Below are positions 9,535 to 17,778 of a stretch of DNA of 64,000 nt, piece by piece. The stretch is from an uncultured Gammaproteobacteria bacterium. GTDB lineage: Bacteria; Patescibacteriota; Microgenomatia; Levybacterales; GWA1-39-11. The DNA lies in the NCBI GenBank assembly GCA_964531275.1, contig CAZHDZ010000005.1:12545-76544 (forward strand), read 5' to 3'. The first letter of the stretch is position 1; each line of letters starts with the position of its first letter. A program made the translations under genes and the position numbers. The notes under the pieces were generated by a model that was not told the DNA's origin, made no database searches, and was given only the letters and a program-made list of their open reading frames with translations.

Positions 9535-10434
9535 TTATGGTGTTGGTGTTGGAGTTGAAGCTCCAGTGCATAGTCTACTCGTAATCGTTGAAAGGAGTCT
9601 TTTGACGTCATCTGCTGATTCGGCCGCATAATAATTCTCTGGTTTGCTTGCGATGCTTCTCAGCAAAGTCTCCATTTGAAAAACATATTGACGCTCGTCA
9701 GGTGAGAAGATGCCTAGGCTAAAAACATCCACACCAAGTGCTTTGATTTGGTCTGCTGGATTCGGGCTATATATTCTAGGGTCTTGATCAGCTCCTACAT
9801 TGCCAGGACAGGCAAAACCAGGGCATGGGCCACCATCAGAGATAAATATAAAAGTAAATTTTCGGTCAGCTGGAAATTTTGGAATAGATTCTTTTAAGTG
9901 GTTGTAGGAAAAGGTAAGTGCTTCATAAGTGGGAGTTGAGGATCTTCCTCCAATTGCATCAACTTTTGCCATAATGGTAGATTTAGTATCCCTGTAATAA
10001 GCAATAGGCACATCATTTGTAATACTTCCTGTCGTGAAAGATTGGATGCCAATTATTGAATCATCTTGCGTAGTGCCAATAAGTTCTTTAATAGCCTCTT
10101 TAAGGCGGGCAAGTTTGGAAACCTTAGAGCTAGTTAGTAGATTCATAGAGTCGGACTTGTCTACAAGGAAATCAACTGTTAGTGTGCTTGCGCATTCCTT
10201 GAATTTGATTGTTTTGAGTTGTAGGCCTTTTTGTTCGGGGTCAGGAGGTTCTGGAATAACTTCAAGGTCTCCTGTTGGTCCGGGATCTGAGTACATATTT
10301 TTTGGAGCAACACCTCGAGCGAGGAGTAGTCCCATGCCAATTGCAACTGTGATAAAACCAATAGTGAATATCGTACCTGGGCCGGTAAGACTTACGGTAA
10401 ATCCATACCCACCACGACGCTTATTCTTAGCCAT
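9535..10434 (-). CDS. Membrane-anchored von Willebrand factor A domain protein
   Basis: MIDAS DKSDS, TPTYEAL, FISDG, VFSLGI. Confidence 0.88.
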   Translation of the reverse strand: MAKNKRRGGYGFTVSLTGPGTIFTIGFITVAIGMGLLLARGVAPKNMYSDPGPTGDLEVIPEPPDPEQKGLQLKTIKFKECASTLTVDFLVDKSDSMNLLTSSKVSKLARLKEAIKELIGTTQDDSIIGIQSFTTGSITNDVPIAYYRDTKSTIMAKVDAIGGRSSTPTYEALTFSYNHLKESIPKFPADRKFTFIFISDGGPCPGFACPGNVGADQDPRIYSPNPADQIKALGVDVFSLGIFSPDERQYVFQMETLLRSIASKPENYYAAESADDVKRLLSTITSRLCTGASTPTPTP

Positions 10435-10477
10435 AAATCATTGTAGTCACAGAGAATGACTTGCGTCAATTTCTGAG

Positions 10478-10510
10478 TAGGGTTTAGCTGTAAAAGGGTC
10501 TAGGGTTTAG
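10478..10510. repeat. Left heptamer arm of four-helix-bundle element
   Basis: tagggtttag ctgtaaa agggtct agggtttag. Confidence 0.7.
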
Positions 10511-10523
10511 ATATACTAGAATT

Positions 10524-10892
10524 GTGAAATTAAATTCCTACAAAGACTTGATAGTTTGGCAAAAATCGATGGATTTGGCACGCCAAGTATATCTACTATC
10601 AAAATCTTTTCCAAAAGAAGAAACCTATGGATTAACTTCACAAATAAGACGTGCTGCTGTTTCGATACCTTCAAATATTGCCGAAGGCTATGCAAGGAAA
10701 TCCGTAAAAGAGTATTTACAGTTTTATTCCATTGCTTATGGTTCAACCTTAGAGCTTCAGACCCAATTGATGCTTTGCCATGACTTTAAGTACATCAGTG
10801 ATGGTAACTATAGGAATCTTGAATCTTTAATTGAAGAAGTTTCAAAAATGCTCCATTCTTTAATTTTAAAACTAAACACTAAACCCTCTTGA
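10524..10892 (+). CDS. Four helix bundle protein (23S rRNA IVS protein / TIGR02436-like)
   Basis: YKDLIVWQKS, FPKEETYGLTSQIRRAAVSIPSNIAEG, GSTLELQTQL. Confidence 0.93.
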   Translation: MKLNSYKDLIVWQKSMDLARQVYLLSKSFPKEETYGLTSQIRRAAVSIPSNIAEGYARKSVKEYLQFYSIAYGSTLELQTQLMLCHDFKYISDGNYRNLESLIEEVSKMLHSLILKLNTKPS

Positions 10893-10902
10893 ACTACACG
10901 CT
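10872..10902. repeat. Right heptamer arm of four-helix-bundle element
   Basis: ctaaaca ctaaacc ctcttgaa ctacacg ct; CTAAACCC is the reverse complement of GGGTTTAG. Confidence 0.65.
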
Positions 10903-10917
10903 CATTTGGGCTATAAT
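10889..10917 (+). promoter_or_regulatory. sigma70-type promoter of rpsB
   Basis: TTGAAC-17 nt-TATAAT, followed by a ~95-nt GC-richer leader (possible S2 autoregulatory leader). Confidence 0.65.
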
Positions 10918-11018
10918 AGCTTTCATATCAACATGCTCTGGATTACTTCCTGGCTGAAAACGCCCCCAGATGCAGAGGTGAGCCGTCTATCCAGACGAGC
11001 CGCAAAAGGAATAAAAAA

Positions 11019-11792
11019 ATGAAACAAATTACACTAGAAGAATTATTAGAAGCTGGATGTCATTTTGGGCATCAAGTTAATAGAAGAAATCCAAAAGCTA
11101 ACCGCTATATTTTTGAAGCTCGTGGCGGAGTAAATATTATCAATCTTGAAGCAACTCAGGAAGGGATTATGGCCGCTGCTGAGTATGTAAGGGAATTGGG
11201 ACAAAAGGGTGGAAGCATGGTTGTTGTAGGTACAAAAAGACAAGCTCAGGCAATCGTTAAAGAAGAAGTAGAAAGAGCTCGAGAAGTAACCCCAGATACA
11301 ATACATTACATTATTTCTCGTTGGATTGGTGGAATTTTTACTAATTTTGAAGAGGTAAAGAAGAATTTTAAAAAACTTGTTGACCTTGAAAAGATTGTCA
11401 CCTCAGAAGACCGTGGTGGATATACAAAAAGAGAGGTTGGAATTTTTGAAAAAGAACTTATCAAGCTTAAAGATATCTATGGAGGACTTTTTACTATCAA
11501 GCAGGCACCTGATGCTGTATTTATAATTGATACTCACGGAGAAAACACTGCAGTAAGAGAAGCATCTCGCGTTGGCCTTAAAACAATCGGAATTACCGAC
11601 ACAAACGCAGATCCGTCTGAAGTTGATTTCTCAATTCCTGCAAATGATGATGCAGTAGGGTCTATAAAATTGATAACATCGTATTTGATAGATGCTTGGA
11701 TTGAAGGATCTAAGGAAAAAACAAAAGCAGATAACAAAGCAGCTGAGAAATTAGCTGAGGAGACAAGAAAAGCGAAGGTAGGAGATAAATAA
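11019..11792 (+). CDS. rpsB: 30S ribosomal protein S2
   Basis: LLEAGCHFGH, RWIGGIFTNF, DTNADP, PANDDA. Confidence 0.98.
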   Translation: MKQITLEELLEAGCHFGHQVNRRNPKANRYIFEARGGVNIINLEATQEGIMAAAEYVRELGQKGGSMVVVGTKRQAQAIVKEEVERAREVTPDTIHYIISRWIGGIFTNFEEVKKNFKKLVDLEKIVTSEDRGGYTKREVGIFEKELIKLKDIYGGLFTIKQAPDAVFIIDTHGENTAVREASRVGLKTIGITDTNADPSEVDFSIPANDDAVGSIKLITSYLIDAWIEGSKEKTKADNKAAEKLAEETRKAKVGDK

Positions 11793-11880
11793 GCGTTTAG
11801 ATGAAGAAGCGTATAGCGTTTAGTTATAATACATTAACTAAGACCCTAAACCCTAAAAACTAAACCCTTGAACTATAAAC
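11792..11880. repeat. Empty inverted heptamer element between rpsB and tsf
   Basis: agcgtttag atgaaga agcgtat agcgtttag ... ctaagacc ctaaacc ctaaaaa ctaaacc cttgaa ctataaa. Confidence 0.72.
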
Positions 11881-11881
11881 T

Positions 11882-12334
11882 ATGGCAATTTCAGCACAAC
11901 AAATCAAAGAACTAAGAGAAAAGACTCAAGCAGGTTTTGCAGACTGCAAAATGGCTCTTGATGAGGCGAAGGGAGATATGAAAAAGGCAGAAGATATTCT
12001 TCGAAAGAAGGGTTTTGAAAAAGCTGCGAAAAAGTCAGATCGCGAGACAGGTCAAGGACTCGTAGAGAGTTATGTTCATCAGACTGGTAAAGTCGGTGTT
12101 CTTGTATCCATACTTTGCGAAACAGATTTTGTTGCAAGAACAGACGAATTCAAGCATTTAGCTCATGAAGTAGCCATGCAAATTGCTGCTATGAATCCAA
12201 AAGATATAGACATTCTTCTTAAGCAGGAATACATCAGAGATGGTTCTAGGACCATCAATGATTTAGTAACCGAAGCAATCGCTAAGCTTGGGGAAAATAT
12301 AAAAATAAGCGAATTCAAACGCTCCGAAATTTAA
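11882..12334 (+). CDS. tsf: Elongation factor Ts (short form)
   Basis: IKELREKTQAG, CETDFVA, AMQIAAMNP, KLGENI. Confidence 0.97.
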   Translation: MAISAQQIKELREKTQAGFADCKMALDEAKGDMKKAEDILRKKGFEKAAKKSDRETGQGLVESYVHQTGKVGVLVSILCETDFVARTDEFKHLAHEVAMQIAAMNPKDIDILLKQEYIRDGSRTINDLVTEAIAKLGENIKISEFKRSEI

Positions 12335-12795
12335 TGTCACGGGAAACTTCATTGTTTACACCGGCCCAACTGCAAGAAGCAGAGGAAATGGTGAATCACT
12401 TTCTGAATGGTCGCAACGATCAACTTGAAGATTCAAAGAACGCTGTTCTGGGGCTCGCTGAGGCTATGAAAGGCGAGGGAGACCCCACTTCAAAAGTTTT
12501 TAGGGTAGGGAATATCAGAGGGGGAATGGTCGAAGGTATTTCTTATCAGCTCGTATTTGCGCTAGAACAACGGGATGTGGATTTTTACGGTAGAAAAGCA
12601 GTAATTGGACTTGATAAAGATTCCTTTAGGACTTTTGATCGCACGCAAAGTGATCTCCGAGCGAGCTTTTTAGAATCGATGTACTCTGCAGAGCTTTCTC
12701 TTATGGAAAGCTATGTTGGTATAGATATTGGCCAGAGGGCTGCTTATAATAGCGCTGACCAGCAGAATTTTGATGTTATAGAAAGAATTGCATAA
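12334..12795 (+). CDS. Hypothetical protein
   Basis: 153-aa ORF coupled to tsf stop (TAATG); no recognised motif. Confidence 0.6.
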   Translation: MSRETSLFTPAQLQEAEEMVNHFLNGRNDQLEDSKNAVLGLAEAMKGEGDPTSKVFRVGNIRGGMVEGISYQLVFALEQRDVDFYGRKAVIGLDKDSFRTFDRTQSDLRASFLESMYSAELSLMESYVGIDIGQRAAYNSADQQNFDVIERIA

Positions 12796-12840
12796 ATCTT
12801 TGGATTTCCCTTTTTGTGAAAAGTAAAATATAATAGTTAA

Positions 12841-13953
12841 ATGTTACTGACAGTCATCTCCTTTATAATCATTCTCTCAATTCTTGTATTGATCCATGAA
12901 TTGGGTCATTACTTAGTTGCAAAGAAATTTGGAATCAAGGTGGAAGAGTTTGGTGTGGGATTTCCTCCGCGTGCTTTCGGCAAAAAGATCGGCGAGACAG
13001 TGTATTCAGTTAATTGGTTACCTATAGGTGGATTTGTGAAGCTATATGGTGAAGACAACGCAGGGGGTGGAAAAGTATCCCAATCCTCATCCACCAATCA
13101 CCAATCACCAGACACTGATATTAAGAGAGCGTTTTATGCACGACCTTTATGGCAGCGAATGGCTGTTGTGACAGCGGGGGTAATTATGAATTTCCTCCTT
13201 GCTGTAGTTCTTATTTCCTTCTTATTTTCAACTCAAGGAGTTCCTTTGCCATCAAGTGATGTTATCGTTTCAGGTATTTCTAAAAATTCTCCAGCGTCTG
13301 ATGCAGGGCTTCGGGTTGAGGATAGAATCTTAAAAATCAATGACAAAGCAATTAGTAAGACTGATGTATTTATTTCAGAGACCAAGAAAAATGCCGGTCA
13401 GGAAATACAGCTTTTAGTAAGAAGGGACGGAAAAGAATTTACAACAAGTCTAACTCCACGAATTAATCCTCCAAAAAATGAGGGGGCAATGGGAGTTAGT
13501 ATCACAAATATTATTGTTAAAAAATACACCTGGTATGAAGCACCTGTTTACGGAACTATTGAAGCCGGAAAATTCTCATGGCTAATCCTTTCAGGACTTG
13601 GCGGAATGGTAAGTGATCTAGTGCATGGAGGTGTAAAGCCTGAGAGCGTTGCAGGACCTATTGGAGTGGCCCAATTGACCGGGGAGGCAGTGCGGGCAGG
13701 ATGGTTTGCAGTTCTTTGGTTTGTTGCTTTGCTATCTCTTAATCTTGCAGTTCTTAATATCATGCCTATTCCTGCTCTTGATGGAGGTAGATTTTTCTTT
13801 ATGATAATCGAGCTTGTTACTCGACGAAAAGTTAGTCAGAAATATGAAGGATATGCTCACGCAGTGGGTCTGGTTGCTCTTCTCGGACTTATGCTTCTTA
13901 TAACGCTATTAGATCTTTCAAGACTCGTTCAGGGAAAGAGTATTCTTCCTTGA
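12841..13953 (+). CDS. rseP: RIP metalloprotease RseP (M50 + PDZ)
   Basis: HELGH, PIGGFV, PDZ, NIMPIPALDGG. Confidence 0.95.
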   Translation: MLLTVISFIIILSILVLIHELGHYLVAKKFGIKVEEFGVGFPPRAFGKKIGETVYSVNWLPIGGFVKLYGEDNAGGGKVSQSSSTNHQSPDTDIKRAFYARPLWQRMAVVTAGVIMNFLLAVVLISFLFSTQGVPLPSSDVIVSGISKNSPASDAGLRVEDRILKINDKAISKTDVFISETKKNAGQEIQLLVRRDGKEFTTSLTPRINPPKNEGAMGVSITNIIVKKYTWYEAPVYGTIEAGKFSWLILSGLGGMVSDLVHGGVKPESVAGPIGVAQLTGEAVRAGWFAVLWFVALLSLNLAVLNIMPIPALDGGRFFFMIIELVTRRKVSQKYEGYAHAVGLVALLGLMLLITLLDLSRLVQGKSILP

Positions 13954-13991
13954 TTCTTGCTGCTAGGTTTGGTAACCTAGCAAACATAATA

Positions 13992-14555
13992 ATGGACAGC
14001 CAAATTCAACAACAGACAAGATCCAATATGGAGAAAGCCTTCTCTGTACTGAAAGAAGATTTTGGGACAGTTAAGACTGGGAAGGCAAACCCACAATTAG
14101 TGGAAAATATAGTAATTAATGCGTATGGAGGTACAGCGAAACTAAAGGTACTTGAGCTCGCAACCATTCATGTGCAAGATCACCAGACAATTCTTATTAC
14201 TCCTTTTGATTCATCAGTATTACGTGATATTGAAAAAGGAATTTCAGATAGCCAGATGGGTCTAGGTATTGCTGTAGACGGAACTAATATTCGTGTAAGT
14301 ATTCCACCGTTAACCCAGGAACGACGTGAGGAATTCGTTAAGCTTATTCATAAGAAGGCTGAAAATGGAAAAATAATGATCAGGCAAGCACGACAGGAGT
14401 CAAATGAAGTGATTGGAAAAGCTGAAAAAGATGGAGAAATTTCAGAAGATGATGAGAAAAGGATGGAAAAAGAAGTTCAGAAAATTACTGATGAATACAT
14501 CGCAAAAATAGAAGAGGCTTCAAAGTTGAAAGAGCAGGAACTGATGACAGTCTAA
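13992..14555 (+). CDS. frr: Ribosome recycling factor
   Basis: KTGKANP, IPPLTQERR, EVQKITD; start at ATG 13992. Confidence 0.96.
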   Translation: MDSQIQQQTRSNMEKAFSVLKEDFGTVKTGKANPQLVENIVINAYGGTAKLKVLELATIHVQDHQTILITPFDSSVLRDIEKGISDSQMGLGIAVDGTNIRVSIPPLTQERREEFVKLIHKKAENGKIMIRQARQESNEVIGKAEKDGEISEDDEKRMEKEVQKITDEYIAKIEEASKLKEQELMTV

Positions 14556-14558
14556 ATA

Positions 14559-14654
14559 AAGCGTTTAGTAAAAAGCGTATAGCGTTCAGGGTTTAGTTTT
14601 TAAATTTTCTTCAACTAAGTACTGCTGCTAACCCCTAATTTTCTAAACCCTAAG
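14559..14654. repeat. Empty inverted heptamer element between frr and recR
   Basis: aagcgtttag taaaa agcgtat agcgttc agggtttag ... gctaacccctaattttctaaaccctaag. Confidence 0.72.
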
Positions 14655-14658
14655 TAAT

Positions 14659-15267
14659 ATGAAGATTCCCAGAGCGTTAGAACAAGTTATTGAAGGATTC
14701 GAACGGCTACCCGGTATTGGGCCTAAGTCGGCTCAACGTCTTGGCTTTTATCTTTTGCATGTTCCTCAAAGTGATTTGGATGATTTTGCTTACGCTCTCA
14801 CAAATCTTAAGAAAAATACCAAGATGTGTACTATTTGTTTTAATATAGGTACAACTGATGTTTGTGATGTATGCAGTGATTCCGAGCGCGACACAACTAC
14901 AATTTGTCTTGTAGAAGACGCTTTAGATGTAATAGCATTTGAAAAATCAGATAAATTTAAAGGTGTATATCATGTACTTCATGGAGTAATCGATCCATTA
15001 AATTCAATTGGTCCTGACGACATATATATTCCTCAATTACTCACAAGATTGAAGAATCAAAAGGGTGTTGTTGAAGAAATAATTATTGCTACAAATCCAA
15101 CAATGGAGGGGGAAGCAACTGCAATGTATTTAGTGAAGCAATTGAAGTCGCAATATCCAGAACTTACTATCTCAAGAATTGGAAGAGGGCTGCCAGTAGG
15201 TGCGGATATAGAATATGCTGATGAAGTAACTCTTACGCGAGCCCTCGAAGGAAGAAGCGAGTATTGA
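14659..15267 (+). CDS. recR: Recombination mediator RecR
   Basis: LPGIGPKSAQRL, C4 zinc finger, ATNPTMEGEATA, GLPVG. Confidence 0.97.
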   Translation: MKIPRALEQVIEGFERLPGIGPKSAQRLGFYLLHVPQSDLDDFAYALTNLKKNTKMCTICFNIGTTDVCDVCSDSERDTTTICLVEDALDVIAFEKSDKFKGVYHVLHGVIDPLNSIGPDDIYIPQLLTRLKNQKGVVEEIIIATNPTMEGEATAMYLVKQLKSQYPELTISRIGRGLPVGADIEYADEVTLTRALEGRSEY

Positions 15268-15271
15268 GGAT

Positions 15272-15389
15272 GCGGGTCCTGCCATGTCTCACTCCCCATT
15301 TACTAAAATATTCACCCACTCTACAAATATAGGAATAGTTGTTCGCTTGTGAAATTTTTTCAATGGGACCCTTTCGACATGTCACCCGT
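15272..15389. repeat. ~120-nt imperfect long hairpin element (dispersed repeat or structured RNA candidate)
   Basis: Nested pairings cgggt/acccg, catgtc/gacatg, cccatt/aatggg, aaaatattcac/gtgaaatttt. Confidence 0.6.
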
Positions 15390-15406
15390 GGGGTATGTAT
15401 GAAAGC

Positions 15407-17731
15407 TTAAGCGGCGATAGGTGGTGCAGTTGGAGTTCCGGTATTTGGATCTTCAACGGGGGTAGTAGGAATAGTTTCGGATCCAACAGTGCTTAACGGT
15501 GCTCCGCTTATTGCAGCAGCTACTTGCTCAGGAGTTTGAATTTCAGCTGTTGCCCCAGGAAAAGCAGATATGTTATCGGCAGTCGCTGCTGGAGCTTCCG
15601 TGCCAACGAGCGATGGTGCAGCTCCACTAGTTGCTGCGTTTATTTGTGCTGTGCTTTGAACTTCAGGGGTTACTCCTGGAAGTGCAGACATATTGTCTGG
15701 CAATGCAGTAGCAGTAGGTGTTGTTTCTGCAACAGCATCCGTGCCTATGGTTGTAGTGGTGTTAAGATCAGCAGCTATTTCTGGCTGAGTTGTAACTGAC
15801 TGTGTCTCAAGTGTTGCTGCGGGGAAAGGTGTTATATTGCTATTTTCTTCCGCTACATCTGCAGTTGAGGCGTCAGTGGTTACAGATGGGCTTGTCTCTG
15901 AAGTAGTTACCGCTGCAGGTATTGCAGGTTCTGCTGGGGCAGCAATATCTGGAATTGCAGGTAATACATTTCCATCGGGTGCAGTTATTTGAGTGGGGGT
16001 TATCTGGGGTGCTATCTCTTGAGACTGAACTACGTTGGTTGGAGCTGCTTCATTTGGTATTGCTGGATCTGTTACGGTTGCAGAATTTTCAGCTGGAGCT
16101 ATTGCACCGGTTAAATTAGAAGCGCTCCATTGATTTTCATTTGATGGATTTGCATCTGGAAGTGGCGTAGCGATAGCTTCAATTGGGGTATTTCCTGTTG
16201 TATCAGCTGTTGCATTTGCAACTACTTCATTTGCTTGAGCTAAAGTTGGATTCTCAATCGCAGGTGCGGTTGCTCCATCAGCTGGAAGTGCGTCACCTGT
16301 TGCTTCTGCATTTGCCGCAATGTCTGCAGCCTGAGTAAGAACATCAGTAGGAGCTGTGGGTTCTTGTGAACCGGTAATTGTCCCTGCTGTAGAGGTTTCA
16401 GAAAGACTTCCACTTGTTGCCTCAGCATTTGCAACTACTTCATTTGCTTGAGCTAAAGTTGGATTCTCAATCGCAGGTGCGGTTGCTCCATCAGCTGGAA
16501 GTGCGTCACCTGTTGCTTCTGCATTTGCCGCAATGTCTGCAGCCTGAGTAAGAACATCAGGTGCTGCGGCAGCTGGAGCAGCTGGCATTTCTAATGGTTG
16601 TTCTACGGCCAAAGGATCTGGTGTTGGTGCTTGTGCTTCGGGTAGGGCGGAAGCTGTAACGTCAGCGCTTAGAAGACCGTCCACGGGAGGAGTATAGGGA
16701 GGTGCGCTTTCTTCAGAACCCGTTACTGAGAGGGGATCGAGATTTGGTGCTTCATTTTTTGCAGCATTTGCAGCATCTTCTGCTGCGCCCGCGGTTGCGG
16801 CAGCATTTCTATCATAGTCAACTATTTCAGGATGAGCAGCAGCATCTGCTACAGGATCACTTACAGCCTTTGCTGCTTCAATAGGCGTAACGGTACTGTC
16901 AACTGTAGAAGCATCAATGGCAGTTGAAATGGGGGGTGCAACAAGCTCGTTGGATGGGGGTTGCGCGCTGGTACCTGGGAATTCCTGTGCGGGACCTGGA
17001 GCCGGTTCTACATTGAGATTTAATGATTCAGTCGCAGTAGCAGGGTCTGCCGTAGAAGGTGAGGATATTTCGGGAGTAGTCATTGCGGGTTGTTCTATAG
17101 CGGCTGGTGTTGATTCTGTTTTGTTCCAAGCTTCTTCAGCTGTTTTGTGAATCTCATCCATTGCTGCATCTAGTGATCCTGGGGTTCCGGTTGAAGGCGC
17201 ATCTGGAAGTTGTGAATTTCCTCCAAGTACTTTGTTTGCACTTGCTTCAGCAGCTTGAGCTTCTGGTGTTACTCCGGGTACAGGAGGTGTTGAGCCTCCG
17301 GCAAGAGCTGGGGGGACTTCTATTTTTGCTACTTTAGGTTCACCGGGTGCAAATCCCAGTCCTGGGCTCACCTCTGTTTTTGCAGCAACTGCTGTAGCTT
17401 TTGGTGCGTTGGGATCTTCATAAGTCTTTTGGATTGGATTCAGTTTTCCAAGAAATCCAAGGAGGCCACCTTTCTTATTTGGATTTGCTGCAGCTGCAGC
17501 AACTTCATTTGCTTTTTTTTCAGCAATTGCTCCAGGACCTGCGGTTTCGGACATATTGCCACTAGCAAGAACGCTACTAACTCCACCGAGGGAAGGGTTT
17601 TCAAGTGCAGGGGTACCAGTTAAGCTTGCCGCGCCAGCACTGGCTTGATCTAATACGTTTTCGGTTGTGGGTACAACTACTTGAGGGGCTTCTGCAACAG
17701 GAGCACCTCCGTTTGCTAATGGTTCGGACAT
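15407..17731 (-). CDS. Acidic Ala/Thr/Pro/Glu-rich low-complexity protein
   Basis: 774-aa ORF, nearly no aromatic residues, internal exact duplication. Confidence 0.8.
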   Translation of the reverse strand: MSEPLANGGAPVAEAPQVVVPTTENVLDQASAGAASLTGTPALENPSLGGVSSVLASGNMSETAGPGAIAEKKANEVAAAAANPNKKGGLLGFLGKLNPIQKTYEDPNAPKATAVAAKTEVSPGLGFAPGEPKVAKIEVPPALAGGSTPPVPGVTPEAQAAEASANKVLGGNSQLPDAPSTGTPGSLDAAMDEIHKTAEEAWNKTESTPAAIEQPAMTTPEISSPSTADPATATESLNLNVEPAPGPAQEFPGTSAQPPSNELVAPPISTAIDASTVDSTVTPIEAAKAVSDPVADAAAHPEIVDYDRNAAATAGAAEDAANAAKNEAPNLDPLSVTGSEESAPPYTPPVDGLLSADVTASALPEAQAPTPDPLAVEQPLEMPAAPAAAAPDVLTQAADIAANAEATGDALPADGATAPAIENPTLAQANEVVANAEATSGSLSETSTAGTITGSQEPTAPTDVLTQAADIAANAEATGDALPADGATAPAIENPTLAQANEVVANATADTTGNTPIEAIATPLPDANPSNENQWSASNLTGAIAPAENSATVTDPAIPNEAAPTNVVQSQEIAPQITPTQITAPDGNVLPAIPDIAAPAEPAIPAAVTTSETSPSVTTDASTADVAEENSNITPFPAATLETQSVTTQPEIAADLNTTTTIGTDAVAETTPTATALPDNMSALPGVTPEVQSTAQINAATSGAAPSLVGTEAPAATADNISAFPGATAEIQTPEQVAAAISGAPLSTVGSETIPTTPVEDPNTGTPTAPPIAA
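16212..16560. repeat. Identical 136-bp direct repeat inside the low-complexity gene
   Basis: 16212-16347 = 16425-16560, period 213 nt. Confidence 0.85.
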
Positions 17732-17778
17732 ACTTCTAAGTTACAAGAAAATGAGGGTTGTTGTCAATACTTTGGCGC

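Noticed and set aside
10524-10892. DGR Avd or 23S rRNA intervening sequence
   Set aside because: No reverse transcriptase, no TR/VR pair with A-specific mismatches, and no rRNA in the window
11844-11867. Plant-type telomere repeat (CCCTAAA) or eukaryotic contamination
   Set aside because: Few degenerate units inside a bacterial operon, paired with an inverted arm
16212-16560. DGR template/variable repeat pair
   Set aside because: Copies are identical and in frame within one gene
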